A program made the translations under genes and the position numbers. This document shows positions 35,600 through 44,985 of a stretch of 64,000 nucleotides of DNA, piece by piece. Under the pieces are notes generated by a model, which saw nothing but the letters and a program-made list of their open reading frames with translations, searched no databases and had not been told where the DNA came from. The stretch covers positions 192,001 to 256,000 of the forward strand of contig CAWGED010000005.1 of the NCBI GenBank assembly GCA_963821525.1. Direction: 5' to 3'. Origin of the DNA: an uncultured Gemmatimonadales bacterium. Lineage in GTDB: Bacteria; Gemmatimonadota; Gemmatimonadetes; Gemmatimonadales; GWC2-71-9. The stretch's first letter is position 1; every line of letters begins with the position of its first letter.

Positions 35600-35719
35600 A
35601 TGGTCTCCAGACCTCTAAACGAGGAGAGCCGGAATACTTACCGGGGATGCAAGCTAGTGCGACCGGTCGGAGGGGGCCATGGGCAAAAGGGGCATTTTCA
35701 ACCGAATGGATGAAATTAT

Positions 35720-36169
35720 CTACATCCCGGCAGGGGCCTCCTTACAGCGGTCCATAAGAGTGGCAGCATCCGTCCTTACCGTCGACGTGGCGTGAGCCTC
35801 GACCGTGGTAATACCGCGTTCGGTCTGGTACTCGTCAAACGTGCTCGCCTTGACAGTGAGATCGGAGCCAAGCGTGGTACCGGTCGCAGCCTGGAGCTCG
35901 ATTTGATCGTAATGGCGGCGGAATTTCACGTTCGACTCCCGGTAGGTGCTGTCGTTCTTCTGCCCCATGACCCGACGCGCATCGTCATCGTGGACAATCT
36001 GCTTGTACCCCATCGATTTGAGCTGTTGCTGGGCACAGGTGTACGCGTCGTCTCTCGCCAGACTGGAAGACGCGGCGCCGGTGCTGTACAGGGTTCCGCC
36101 GCCGCATGCGGCGAGAACAAGAGCGATACTCAGACTGGAGGTGATCCCGACTCCGACTCGCAGGGACAT
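35720..36169 (-). CDS. Hypothetical lipoprotein
   Basis: Lipobox LAAC; two further Cys. Confidence 0.6.
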   Translation of the reverse strand: MSLRVGVGITSSLSIALVLAACGGGTLYSTGAASSSLARDDAYTCAQQQLKSMGYKQIVHDDDARRVMGQKNDSTYRESNVKFRRHYDQIELQAATGTTLGSDLTVKASTFDEYQTERGITTVEAHATSTVRTDAATLMDRCKEAPAGM

Positions 36170-36257
36170 TTTCACAACGCTCCGACGTGGAATTGAAGAG
36201 GATGGTGTGGCGGAATAGTAATCGGTTGCGCCTCAGGACAGAGAGGGCAGGAAAACC

Positions 36258-36286
36258 AACGGCCCCCCATGACGGGGGGCCGTTGT
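36258..36286. terminator. Terminator-like hairpin downstream of the porin
   Basis: aacggcccccc-atgac-ggggggccgtt. Confidence 0.7.
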
Positions 36287-36320
36287 TAGCACCGAATGAA
36301 CCGCTGAAGCGCTGCCGGGC

Positions 36321-37500
36321 CTAGTAGAACAGCATGAAACCAAACGCGCCGGTGAAGGCCTTGTTTTGCTCTACGTTGTTCTCGGTGTCGTCGGATATCA
36401 TGTAGTTGCCTTCAACGACGATCTTCAGAGACTTGGTAGCCTGGTGGTAAAGGCCGCCGGAGATCAGGCTGTTGCTGGTCTTGAAGTCGGGCTCGCCGTC
36501 GGTGCTCTGGAGCATGCTGGTGCCGTAGCTGGCCGCCAGGGTGTTCTTCTCGCCCAAGCCGATCGTCGCCTGAGCAAAGCCGCCGTAGGAGTCGCGCAGC
36601 TCGCCATCGGCTCCGACGCCCAATCCGCCCAGGGCCGGGCCAACGCCAGAGAAATAAGGGTGGTGCCGATGCCCTTGCCCCAGTAGCCGGTTCCGGTGAG
36701 CGAGAACTTGCCGTTCTCCGTCTTGAAGGTGAGGCCGCCGCCTACGCCCGTGGCAGTCTTGGACTGATCAGCCACCGGGTCCTTGGCGTTCTGGGCCGTT
36801 CCGTTGATGAACAGGTTGATGTTCTTGCCCTTCCACGTGAACTCGCCTTCCAGCCGCGGGAGATCGGTCTGGGTGTAGTTGCCGTCGAGCGCGGAAGGAT
36901 CCATCAGGCCGATGCTCAACTGGGTGGGTCTGCCACTCTTCGTCGAGTAGGTGATCTGGCCCACGAAGTTGGCATAGGGATACCCATAGCCGATACGGCC
37001 CAGCGTGGTGCCGCTCGGGGCGATGCCACCGCCACCGACGCCGAACAGGGTCTGGTCCGCCAGGATGTTCCCGCGGGCGAACAGGCCCAGTTCCTTACCG
37101 GCCAGGATCTGGCCCCAGCCCCCGCCGACGGTCAGGAACACCTGACGCATATCGATCTGGGCGCCGAAGCAGTCGTGGATGCCGCCACCGCACTGCACTT
37201 CGGGCGCGAAGCCGAAGTGGACGCCGAGGTCAGTATTGCCCTCTTTGCCCTTGGCTTCAAACGTCGCGAACGCAGGCAGCAGGCCGGTGCCGTAGTAGAA
37301 GCCCTGGCCTCCCACGCCGGTCAGGGTTCCCGGGGAATCGGTTGTGCCGCCATCTTCTGGCTCTGGTACTGCGCGAAGATGTTGACGTTCCCCGCGAACG
37401 AGAACGTCCAGCCGTTACTCATCTGCATGGTCAGCTGCGCGTTGGCGGTACTCGCCGCGGCTAGCAGCAGACCGCCCAACAACAGTGCGGAACGCTTCAT
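36321..37500 (-). CDS. Porin (at least two frameshifts)
   Basis: Signal MKRSALLLGG..ANA-Q; GLLPAFATF, IDMRQVFLTVGGGWG, LGRIGYGY; aromatic C-terminus FGFMLFY. Confidence 0.75.
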
Positions 37501-37597
37501 CGGTGCCTTCTCCTGACTAGAAGAGGAATTGGAACTACCCGCTTCATCAACAAGTGCCTGCACCAACTGACGTCTCAAACAAAGTCAGCGATAGATC

Positions 37598-37960
37598 TCA
37601 CTCCTTCTGTTGCATCTGCCGTTTGAGATCGTTGTTCACCTCCCAGAAAGCGTACCAGAGCGCGTTTGGACGATGGTTCTCCCACCAGAAATAATCGTCG
37701 AGCCGGGCCCCATAAACATTGGCCGCATAGCGAAATACCAGCCCATTCACCCGCAGGCTGTCCATTACCCGCCACAACCCGGCCGAATCCCGAACGCCAG
37801 AGGCAAGCGCCTGACTCAGCGCGCTGCCTGCGAGAAAGCCCGAAAGGAAGGTGTTGCGTGCGTCCGGACTGAGTTTCGCCCAATCCTGGCCGCTGATCGA
37901 AAACCAGTTAGGGTCCCGTATCTCACGAATCGGAAAAAAGATACAAAGACCCGCCAGCAA
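37598..37960 (-). CDS. Hypothetical exported protein (start uncertain)
   Basis: Trp-rich 120-aa ORF co-oriented between the cupredoxin and porin genes. Confidence 0.55.
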   Translation of the reverse strand: MLAGLCIFFPIREIRDPNWFSISGQDWAKLSPDARNTFLSGFLAGSALSQALASGVRDSAGLWRVMDSLRVNGLVFRYAANVYGARLDDYFWWENHRPNALWYAFWEVNNDLKRQMQQKE

Positions 37961-38054
37961 CGCAACCCGGGGCCATTGAATTCCTAGGCATCTTAGTCGG
38001 ATATGAGCGTCCTGTTGGGTTCAATCCACAACCTCGGAATTCACCGGCTCCCCC

Positions 38055-38609
38055 TTAGTTGCTGGTTGAAGCCTCCACGGAGGGGGCCGAAACCTGGGAA
38101 CTCACCACGAAACGGATCCACATTCCTGAATGCCCGTGCCCCGGCACTCCGCAAATTATCCGGTACTCCGCAGCGGGTTCGGCCTTGAAGCGCATGGTGT
38201 CCTTCTGCCCCTGGGCGAGTCCCTGCGTGGCTTCCCGAGTGTAAGCTCTAGGGATCGCCGCTTCTTCCGCCATGTTCGGTATCGGCCCCTCGGCGGGAAT
38301 CATCACGGCACTGTGCGGGGTGCCATCATCATTCACGAAGGGCATCACGACGGTGGATCCGGCCGGTACTGTGAGAGTGAGTTCTCCGTTGGTAAAGCCG
38401 TTGAAGTTGAACGGACTCTTGGCTCCCCCGGTGAGCCCCGCAATCAACTTGAAGGAGACCGTCTTGGATGCTGAATCATAGCTGAGCCAGGTTGAATCAA
38501 TTGGAAAATGACCGGCGTGTTGCGCTTCGGTGGTCTGCGTCGCCGCCGTGCGGGCAGCGACCAGAGCCGCAAGAACTAGCAGAACCTGCCGGGACTCTCG
38601 CCAAATCAT
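38055..38609 (-). CDS. Sulfocyanin-like blue copper protein
   Basis: Signal peptide; FNFNG..NGEL..VPAG, PHS, CGVPGHGHSGMW (C-x4-H-x4-M). Confidence 0.88.
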   Translation of the reverse strand: MIWRESRQVLLVLAALVAARTAATQTTEAQHAGHFPIDSTWLSYDSASKTVSFKLIAGLTGGAKSPFNFNGFTNGELTLTVPAGSTVVMPFVNDDGTPHSAVMIPAEGPIPNMAEEAAIPRAYTREATQGLAQGQKDTMRFKAEPAAEYRIICGVPGHGHSGMWIRFVVSSQVSAPSVEASTSN

Positions 38610-38643
38610 GCCGACTCCTGAAAAAGAAGTAACCACTCAAAGT

Positions 38644-38676
38644 GAAGCGGGCCAGCCGGCATGGCTGGCCCGCTTC
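38644..38676. terminator. Hairpin between the dehydrogenase and cupredoxin genes
   Basis: gaagcgggccagcc-ggcat-ggctggcccgcttc, 14-bp stem. Confidence 0.6.
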
Positions 38677-38727
38677 TCAAGATAGAACCGGCAAGGGCCT
38701 ATGAGGAAGCCTCGCCGATCGCCCCGG

Positions 38728-40396
38728 TCATGCGGGGGGCGTATACGCCTTCGGCAGGCCGAAGATGTACACGCTGTTGCCCAGCGGGTAGCTCAGCTGG
38801 AAGTTGCCACCGCAGGCCACCGCGATGAACTGCTCGTTCTTGAACTGTGTAGGTCATCGGAGCGGAGTTGCATCCGGCGCCCGCCTGGAACTGCCAGAGC
38901 AGCTTCCCGGTGCGGGAATCGTAGGCGTTGAAATTCCCGTTGCCTTCTCCGGTGAAGACGAGCCCGCCGGCCGTCGCCAGGGCCCCGCCCATCATCGGCT
39001 GCGGCACCTTCACCTGCCACGCCTTCTTGCCGGTGCCGAGGTTGAGCGCCGTGAACGAGCCCGTACTGCTCCTCACCCGGCGATCGCGACGAAGGCCGAA
39101 CCGAGCCACAGTTTTCCCTTGTCCCACGGCGGCGTTGTGGGTGATGTAGTTCATCGGCTGATGGAGGCCTGCTACGAAGGCGTAGTTGAGCTTGGGATCC
39201 ACCGCGATCGGCGACCACTCTGCACCGCCGTTGGCGCCGGGAAGCATCCGGGTACCCGAAGCGGTGGGCTGGGCGAACATGTTTTCCTGCGGGGTGAAGT
39301 TCTCAGTCTTGCGCACCAGCGTGCCGGTTGCGGCGTCCAGCACGTAGACCCAGGCGGTCTTGCCGGCATGGACCACGACCTTCTTGCCGCCCAGCGTGGT
39401 GACGACCGGCGGGGACACGGCGTCGAGGTCCCACACGTCGTGCGGAACCGTCTGGTAGTACCACTTGGTCTTGCCGGTTGTCGCCTCGATGGCGACGACG
39501 CAGTCGGTGTACAGGTTATCGCCCGGGCGCACGCTGCCGTCGAGGTCGGGCGAGGGGTTACCAACCGCCACGTAGATGAGACCGAGGCTCTGGTCGTAGG
39601 CCGGAGTCATCCAGACGCCGCCGCCGCCGCGGGTCCACGCGTCCGCGTACTTGGCGCTGTCCGACTTCTCGGCGCCGGTGTTGCGGTTCAGGTTGTTGCC
39701 TTCGGGGGTCGCGTCAACCCAGTTGCCGTACCAGCCATTGGGAGCCGCCTCATCGAAGGTGGGATCGCCCTTGGGAGCGGGAATCGAATACCAGCGCCAG
39801 ACCTGCTTGCCGGTCACCGCATCGTAGGCGGTCACGTGGCCCCGGATGCCGTATTCACCGCCCGAGACACCGACGATCACGTTGTTGCCGATGACAAGCG
39901 GCGCGTGGGTGATGCTGTAGCCGAAGGCCGGATCGGCCACCTCGTTGTCCCAGACAACGTCACCGGTCATCCGGTCGAAGGCGATGAGGTGGGCATCGAG
40001 GGTGCCCATGTAGACGTGCGGGCCATGCACGCCCACGCCGCGGTTGTTGGGGCCGCAGCAGAAGATCGTAGTGCCGAGCTTGTGCTCGTAACGCCAGACC
40101 TGTTTCCCGGTGTCGAGGTTGTACGCGATCAGGGTGTTGTACGGGGTGGTCACGTACATCATGTTCTCAACCACGATCGGCGTATTCTCGAACGAGCCGA
40201 GCTTGCTGATCCCGGTCTGGAAGACCACCCGAGGCACCAGCGACTTCACGTTTGTGGTATTGATCGCCGTAAGCGTGGAGTAGCGCTGGTTCCAGTCATT
40301 CCCGCCATACGTCATCCACTTGGTCTGGGCGGAGAGGTTGCTGGCAGCCGCTGCGCAAACGAGCATGGCCAGACCCCAACGAGAAGCACTGCGCAT
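38728..40396 (-). CDS. PQQ-dependent dehydrogenase, methanol/ethanol family (C-terminal frameshifts)
   Basis: Signal peptide; FENTP, CCGPNNRG, GGEYGIRG, GGGVW, GNPSP..RPGDNLY, HDVWDLD, TAGGLVF; corrected end QFIAVACGGNFQLSYPLGNSVYIFGLPKAYTPPA*. Confidence 0.92.
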
Positions 40397-40584
40397 GGGA
40401 GAAGGTCTCCTGGGTATAGGGAACTGAGGAAACGACCATCGTGCCGCCACGACACAGCCAGACGCGGGCGGAAGCGCCATTGATACGCAGGCTTTAAGAG
40501 GCTCGGGAAGATGCCACCGCCCACGGCCGTGGGACGGCGGCGCTTTTGGAAATAGGGCTTGCGACCGGAACCGTCAAGTGGCCT

Positions 40585-40725
40585 TTAGTGGAATAGGAGC
40601 ACTGCCTTCTGGAAGGTCATGAAGACCCCCCATCCCAGCGGAATCCCCACCGCGATCCAGGCCAGTGCGACCAGCCCCCAGTTCCCCGGTTCGGGCTGGC
40701 TGCCGGTCGGCTCGTTGGGTTGCAT
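40585..40725 (-). CDS. OFA-associated MFS transporter small subunit (46 aa; not in ORF track)
   Basis: MQPNEPTGSQPEPGNWGLVALAWIAVGIPLGWGVFMTFQKAVLLFH*, AGGAGG upstream. Confidence 0.75.
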   Translation of the reverse strand: MQPNEPTGSQPEPGNWGLVALAWIAVGIPLGWGVFMTFQKAVLLFH

Positions 40726-40767
40726 GTGCGTCCCTCCTAGAGGTACCGCTTCTCCGGAACCGTCTCG

Positions 40768-42145
40768 TCAGTGGCCCCGCAGGCGCTCCCGGGCCAGCTC
40801 CTCGTCGGACATGAAGTAGCGATCGGGAAGCGGCCGGACCAGCAGGTTGCAGATGAAACCGATCACCAGGAGCCCAGCCAGGACGTACATAGTCGTGTTA
40901 TACGCCTCCGCCACTGGTACCCCGCGGTCCACCTGATGTTGCCGGATCTCGTTCACCAGCAGCGGGCCCACGACACCGGCGGTCGACCAGGCCGTCAGCA
41001 ATCTTCCGTGAATGGCGCCCACAAACTGGGTCCCGAAGATGTCCGACAAATAGGCGGGGATGGTGGCGAAGCCGCCGCCATACATCGTGATGATCACGCA
41101 GAAGATCGCCACGAAGAGCGCGACGCTGCCGATCCGGCCCGCATGCGGGACCAGTGAGTAGAGCACGATCCCAAGGGCGAAGAAAATGAAGTAGGTCGGC
41201 TTGCGGCCGAGCTTATCAGAGAGCGACGCCCACCCGATCCGCCCCCCGATGTTGAACAGACTCAGGAGTCCCACGAAGCCCGCCGCGGCGGAGGCCGACA
41301 CTTTGTCCTTGAAGACCTCCTGGATCATGGGCGATGCCTGTTCCAGGACGCCGATACCGGCGCTCACGTTGGTGCACAGGACCAGCCAGAGCAGTATGAA
41401 GGGCACCGTCTTCCAGGCCACGTCCACGTGAACATGGCGACGAGTGACCATGCTGACATTAGTGGTAGCGGGCGTCCACCCCGCGGGTTTCCAGTCATTG
41501 GGCGGAATCCGATAACTGAACGCGCCGCACATCATCGTCACGAAGTCAGATGAGACCCATCGTGACGAAGGTCTCCCAAACACCGACCGAGGTCGGCGTG
41601 GCGTAGTGCTTCATCAGGATAACGGCCAGCGGCGCCCCGATCATGGCACCGCCTCCGAATCCCATGATCGCCATGCCGGTTGCCATGCCGCGGCGGTCCG
41701 GGAACCACTTGATGAGGGTGGAAACCGGTGAGATGTATCCCAGTCCGAGTCCGCACCCACCAATCACCCCGTTGCCGAGATACAGGAGCCAGAGCTGGTG
41801 GGTGCGAACGCCGATTGCGGAGATCAGGTACCCTCCACCCCAGCAGAAGGCGGCCGCGACACCCGCCCTGCGCGGGCCCACTCGCTCGAGCCAGCGTCCG
41901 AACACCGCCGCTGACAGACCCAGGAACACGATGAAAATCGTGAACACGAGGGCGATTTGCGTCTGCGTCCAGTCGCCTGGGCCGGACTCGGTGATGCCGA
42001 GGGCACGAGTGAGCGGAAGTTTGAAGACGCTGTAGGCGTAGGCTTGGCCGATCGAGAGATGGATGGCGAGCGCCGCCGGTGGGACCAGCCACCGATTGAA
42101 CCCTGGCTTCGCGACAATACGTTCCTTGTCGAGCAGGCCGGACAT
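40768..42145 (-). CDS. OFA (oxalate/formate antiporter) family MFS transporter (frameshift ~41548)
   Basis: FNRWLVPPAALAIHLSIGQAYA, KWFPDRRGMATG, YGGGFATIPAYL, IHGRLLTAWS. Confidence 0.92.
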
Positions 42146-42214
42146 CAGCGACTCCTGATGTGGGACGGGTACATCCGGGAGGAACCGGCATACATTACCG
42201 CGAGCCCGAGAAAA

Positions 42215-42761
42215 ATGCCAACCGACCCGAACCTTTCGATTCCCTCGCTCACGCGAGCCGGACTCACCAGCCTCATGCTCGTCCTGGCGGCGATGGGCAC
42301 TTTGTCCGCCCAGCAGACCGGCGCGCTTCCCCAGTGGATGACCGCAGATTCGGCGAGTCGAACGGTCTCTCTGGAGCTCAAGGTTGCATGGAGCTGCGGG
42401 TTCGCCAGCGACTATCTCGGGCTACCGCCAGGGGGGCGTGGAGGTCGTGGTTCCGGTCGGCTGGACGATTCGCTGGCGATGGATCAATGGGGACAGCACC
42501 GCGGCGCATAGCCTGGTGGTGATGGTGGAGCGGGAGAAACTGCCGGCTGAAGGCGGCAGCCCGGTGTTCGACAACGCGATGAGCCGGAATGTCGTCCGTG
42601 GTCTAGGCCCCGGGAAAACCGACGAGACCACATTCACTGCGGATCAGGCGGGGTGGTACTGGCTGCTCTGCGGCGTCCCGGGCCACGCGCTGGGCGGAGA
42701 ATGGATCGGTCTGAAGGTGGACGCTGAGGCCAAGGCTCCCGCTGCGACGTTCCGGCAGTGA
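42215..42761 (+). CDS. Second sulfocyanin-like cupredoxin (frameshift ~42388)
   Basis: Signal peptide; VVVPVGW, AHSLVV, YWLLCGVPGHALGGEW. Confidence 0.8.
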
Positions 42762-42770
42762 GGGGGCCGC

Positions 42771-42820
42771 GTAAGAAGTAAGAAGTTTTGCCTCTCACTT
42801 CTCACGTCTTACTTCTCACG
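42771..42820. repeat. Inverted TAAGAAG/CTCACTT heptamers
   Basis: gtaagaagtaagaag...ctcacttctcacgtcttacttctcacg. Confidence 0.7.
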
Positions 42821-42835
42821 CATTCACGGCGTCAC

Positions 42836-44002
42836 TTACCTCTCTTGGAGTAACCCCTCCACTTCCGCCCGCATCTCCTTCACCAGCTTCGCGTGCTGCT
42901 CCGGCAGGGCGGGGCCATAGAAACCGGCGTGAATCCGACGGACTCGACCAGTGCGGTCGAGAAAGATCGTGGTGGGGAACGCCGTAAAGTTGGTGAGCTG
43001 CGGCAGGGTCGCCGCGGCGGCCTCGGTGTCATTGGTTCCCGCCCGAAGCAGGATGAACGGGATGTGGTAGGCATCCCGGTACAGTCGCACCTGGTGATTG
43101 TCGGTGGCGCTGTCGCCGCTTACCTCATAGGCGAGTCCGACGATCTCCAGCCCGCGGGCGTGGTAGTCCTTATAGAGCTGCACCAGGGCGGGGGCCGCGT
43201 CGTGGCAGGTGGGGCACCAGGTCCCGAACACGTCGATCACGACCACCTTGTCCTTGAGTCGCGGGTCGGCCTCGGTGATCTGCCGGCCTTCGAGATCGGG
43301 GAAGCTGAAGCGGAACGGTGTCGTGTCCGCCGTCGTGATCTCGCTGGGCGACTTGAGATGAGGAACTCCGGTGCTGCGGACGGCGATGAATCGGGTCTGG
43401 GTTCGGAGGCCGGCGTGGAAGATCCCGCGGAGGGTGTCTGCCTTAAGCTGGCCGGTCAGCATGTAGACGTAGGAGCCGTCGAAGTGGGAGATCGAAAAAC
43501 TGTCCGCCTGCGCATGTCCCCAGAAAAGACCGTAGTCCCCCGTGTTGGAGATGATGGTTCCCTCGAGGCCCGCCTGGCCATTGCGTAGCTCGATGACGCG
43601 AGGGCTCGCGTCGAAATCGGTCAGGAACTGCGCGTCCCAGCGACCGGTCAGCCCCGCGGGACCTTTCTCGACCGGCCAACGGCCGCGTCCCGCGCGAAAA
43701 GGAATGGTGCGGGGTCCGCGCCGTCCTACGTTGTGATACTCCCCGACCAGGGAATCCCCTCTGGCCACCGCGGCAATGGTGGCTGCGTAGGCCGAGATGT
43801 CGAACACCACGCTGTCGCCGGCGACGCGTACCGCGCTCAGCGCCTGGCACTGCGTCCCATTGCAGAGCTTACCCTGCCACGTTCCTCCCTTTTGTTCTAC
43901 CGTGAGCGCGAAGCGAAGAGGGCCTCCGGCAATGTCGAGCACGGCCCGCCACGGGCCAGCGGGGGTGGGAGCGACAGTGAGGGCTAGGAGAAGCGTAAAC
44001 AA
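42836..44002 (-). CDS. TlpA/redoxin family protein with N-terminal beta domains
   Basis: GTWCPTCHD, AFPTTIFLDRTG; TTG start inferred. Confidence 0.85.
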   Translation of the reverse strand: MFTLLLALTVAPTPAGPWRAVLDIAGGPLRFALTVEQKGGTWQGKLCNGTQCQALSAVRVAGDSVVFDISAYAATIAAVARGDSLVGEYHNVGRRGPRTIPFRAGRGRWPVEKGPAGLTGRWDAQFLTDFDASPRVIELRNGQAGLEGTIISNTGDYGLFWGHAQADSFSISHFDGSYVYMLTGQLKADTLRGIFHAGLRTQTRFIAVRSTGVPHLKSPSEITTADTTPFRFSFPDLEGRQITEADPRLKDKVVVIDVFGTWCPTCHDAAPALVQLYKDYHARGLEIVGLAYEVSGDSATDNHQVRLYRDAYHIPFILLRAGTNDTEAAAATLPQLTNFTAFPTTIFLDRTGRVRRIHAGFYGPALPEQHAKLVKEMRAEVEGLLQER

Positions 44003-44100
44003 TTGACGATTGACGATTGATGATTGATGATTGAACTGCTGTGGACTCGAGATGATTACCAATCTGCAATCGGCAATCGGCAATTACCAATTGGCAATCA
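44001..44100. repeat. GATTGAY and CAATCGG-type heptamer arrays in inverted arrangement
   Basis: attgacgattgacgattgatgattgatgattga...caatctgcaatcggcaatcggcaattaccaattggcaatc. Confidence 0.8.
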
Positions 44101-44932
44101 TCAGTACTTCTCCCCGGCACGAATCTCCGCCGACACCCGATTCCCCGGCCACGGCGCCGGGCAGGCGTACGCGGTGCTGTAGGCGCAGAAGGGATTGCGC
44201 GACCGGTTGAAGTCGAGCAGGTAGGTGCTCTCGTCGCGCGGAGTCAGAGTGACGAACCGCCCCGCCGGATAGCTCCCCTTTCCATTGGTCAGATCCTGGA
44301 AATAGATGATCAGCTCCGACTCGCCGCTGTCTTCATCGGCGATCCGGTAGGCCTTGAGATTGGCGGCACCTGACTCGAGCGGGATGGTGAAGACGCCGGC
44401 CTCTATCGCTTCGGTTTCCACTCCGTCCAGCATGAGAATTCGGTGTGTCACCCGGCTGGCTGGCTTGGTCAGGCTGCCTATTAGGACGAGGTGAGTATCG
44501 GCCGGAAAGTAGCTCGGTATGAGAGTACGGTGCTCCGGGCCGAACACGGTGAGGACGGACCGGCCAGAGGGCCCCGTCGGCCGGAGCTGGTAGGATCCAA
44601 TGGCGGTGAGGCGGTCGCGAGGCAGGGGTGTCTTGGTCCCCTGTTGGCTCAGCACCACGCTGCGCCCTTCTTCCCGCACCGTCATGCGCGTCGAGTTCTT
44701 GAGCGGGACGTCGGCGTCCTCCGGTCCGAGCGTGAGCCCCGTTCCGATGGCCTGCTGGGCCAGCGCGGCCAGAGGTGAATCGGGGGCGTTGGCCAGCCAA
44801 AGGGCGAATGCGCTCCGCTCCGCGACGAGGTCATCTCTGGGCAGTAAGCGGTGAGCGGTGAGCAGTGAGCAGGAGTGGAATAATCAGTGTGGTGCGGATT
44901 GCCGAGGCGAACCCGCGCCGAGGGAAGACCAC
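44101..44932 (-). CDS. DUF1684 domain protein (frameshift near N-terminus; start inferred)
   Basis: FQDLTNGKGSYPAGRF, LDFNRSRNPFCAYS..CPAP..N...IRAGEK. Confidence 0.85.
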
Positions 44933-44980
44933 CTCTGCTTTCGGTGCCCGCCGCTCACCGCTCACTGCTTACCGCTCACA
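44844..44980. repeat. Inverted GTGAGCG/CGCTCAC heptamer arrays
   Basis: gtaagcggtgagcggtgagcagtgagcag...ccgctcaccgctcactgcttaccgctcac. Confidence 0.8.
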
Positions 44981-44985
44981 GTAGT

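Noticed and set aside
38804..40483. Long plus-strand ORFs opposite real genes (38804..40483, 12409..13860, 61924..63258)
   Set aside because: Antisense shadows typical of high-GC codon bias; no recognisable motifs
42836..44083. CPTCH in the TlpA protein as a heme c site, and the extended N-terminus MPIADCRL...
   Set aside because: WCPTC is the thioredoxin active site; the extension is translation of the intergenic heptamer array
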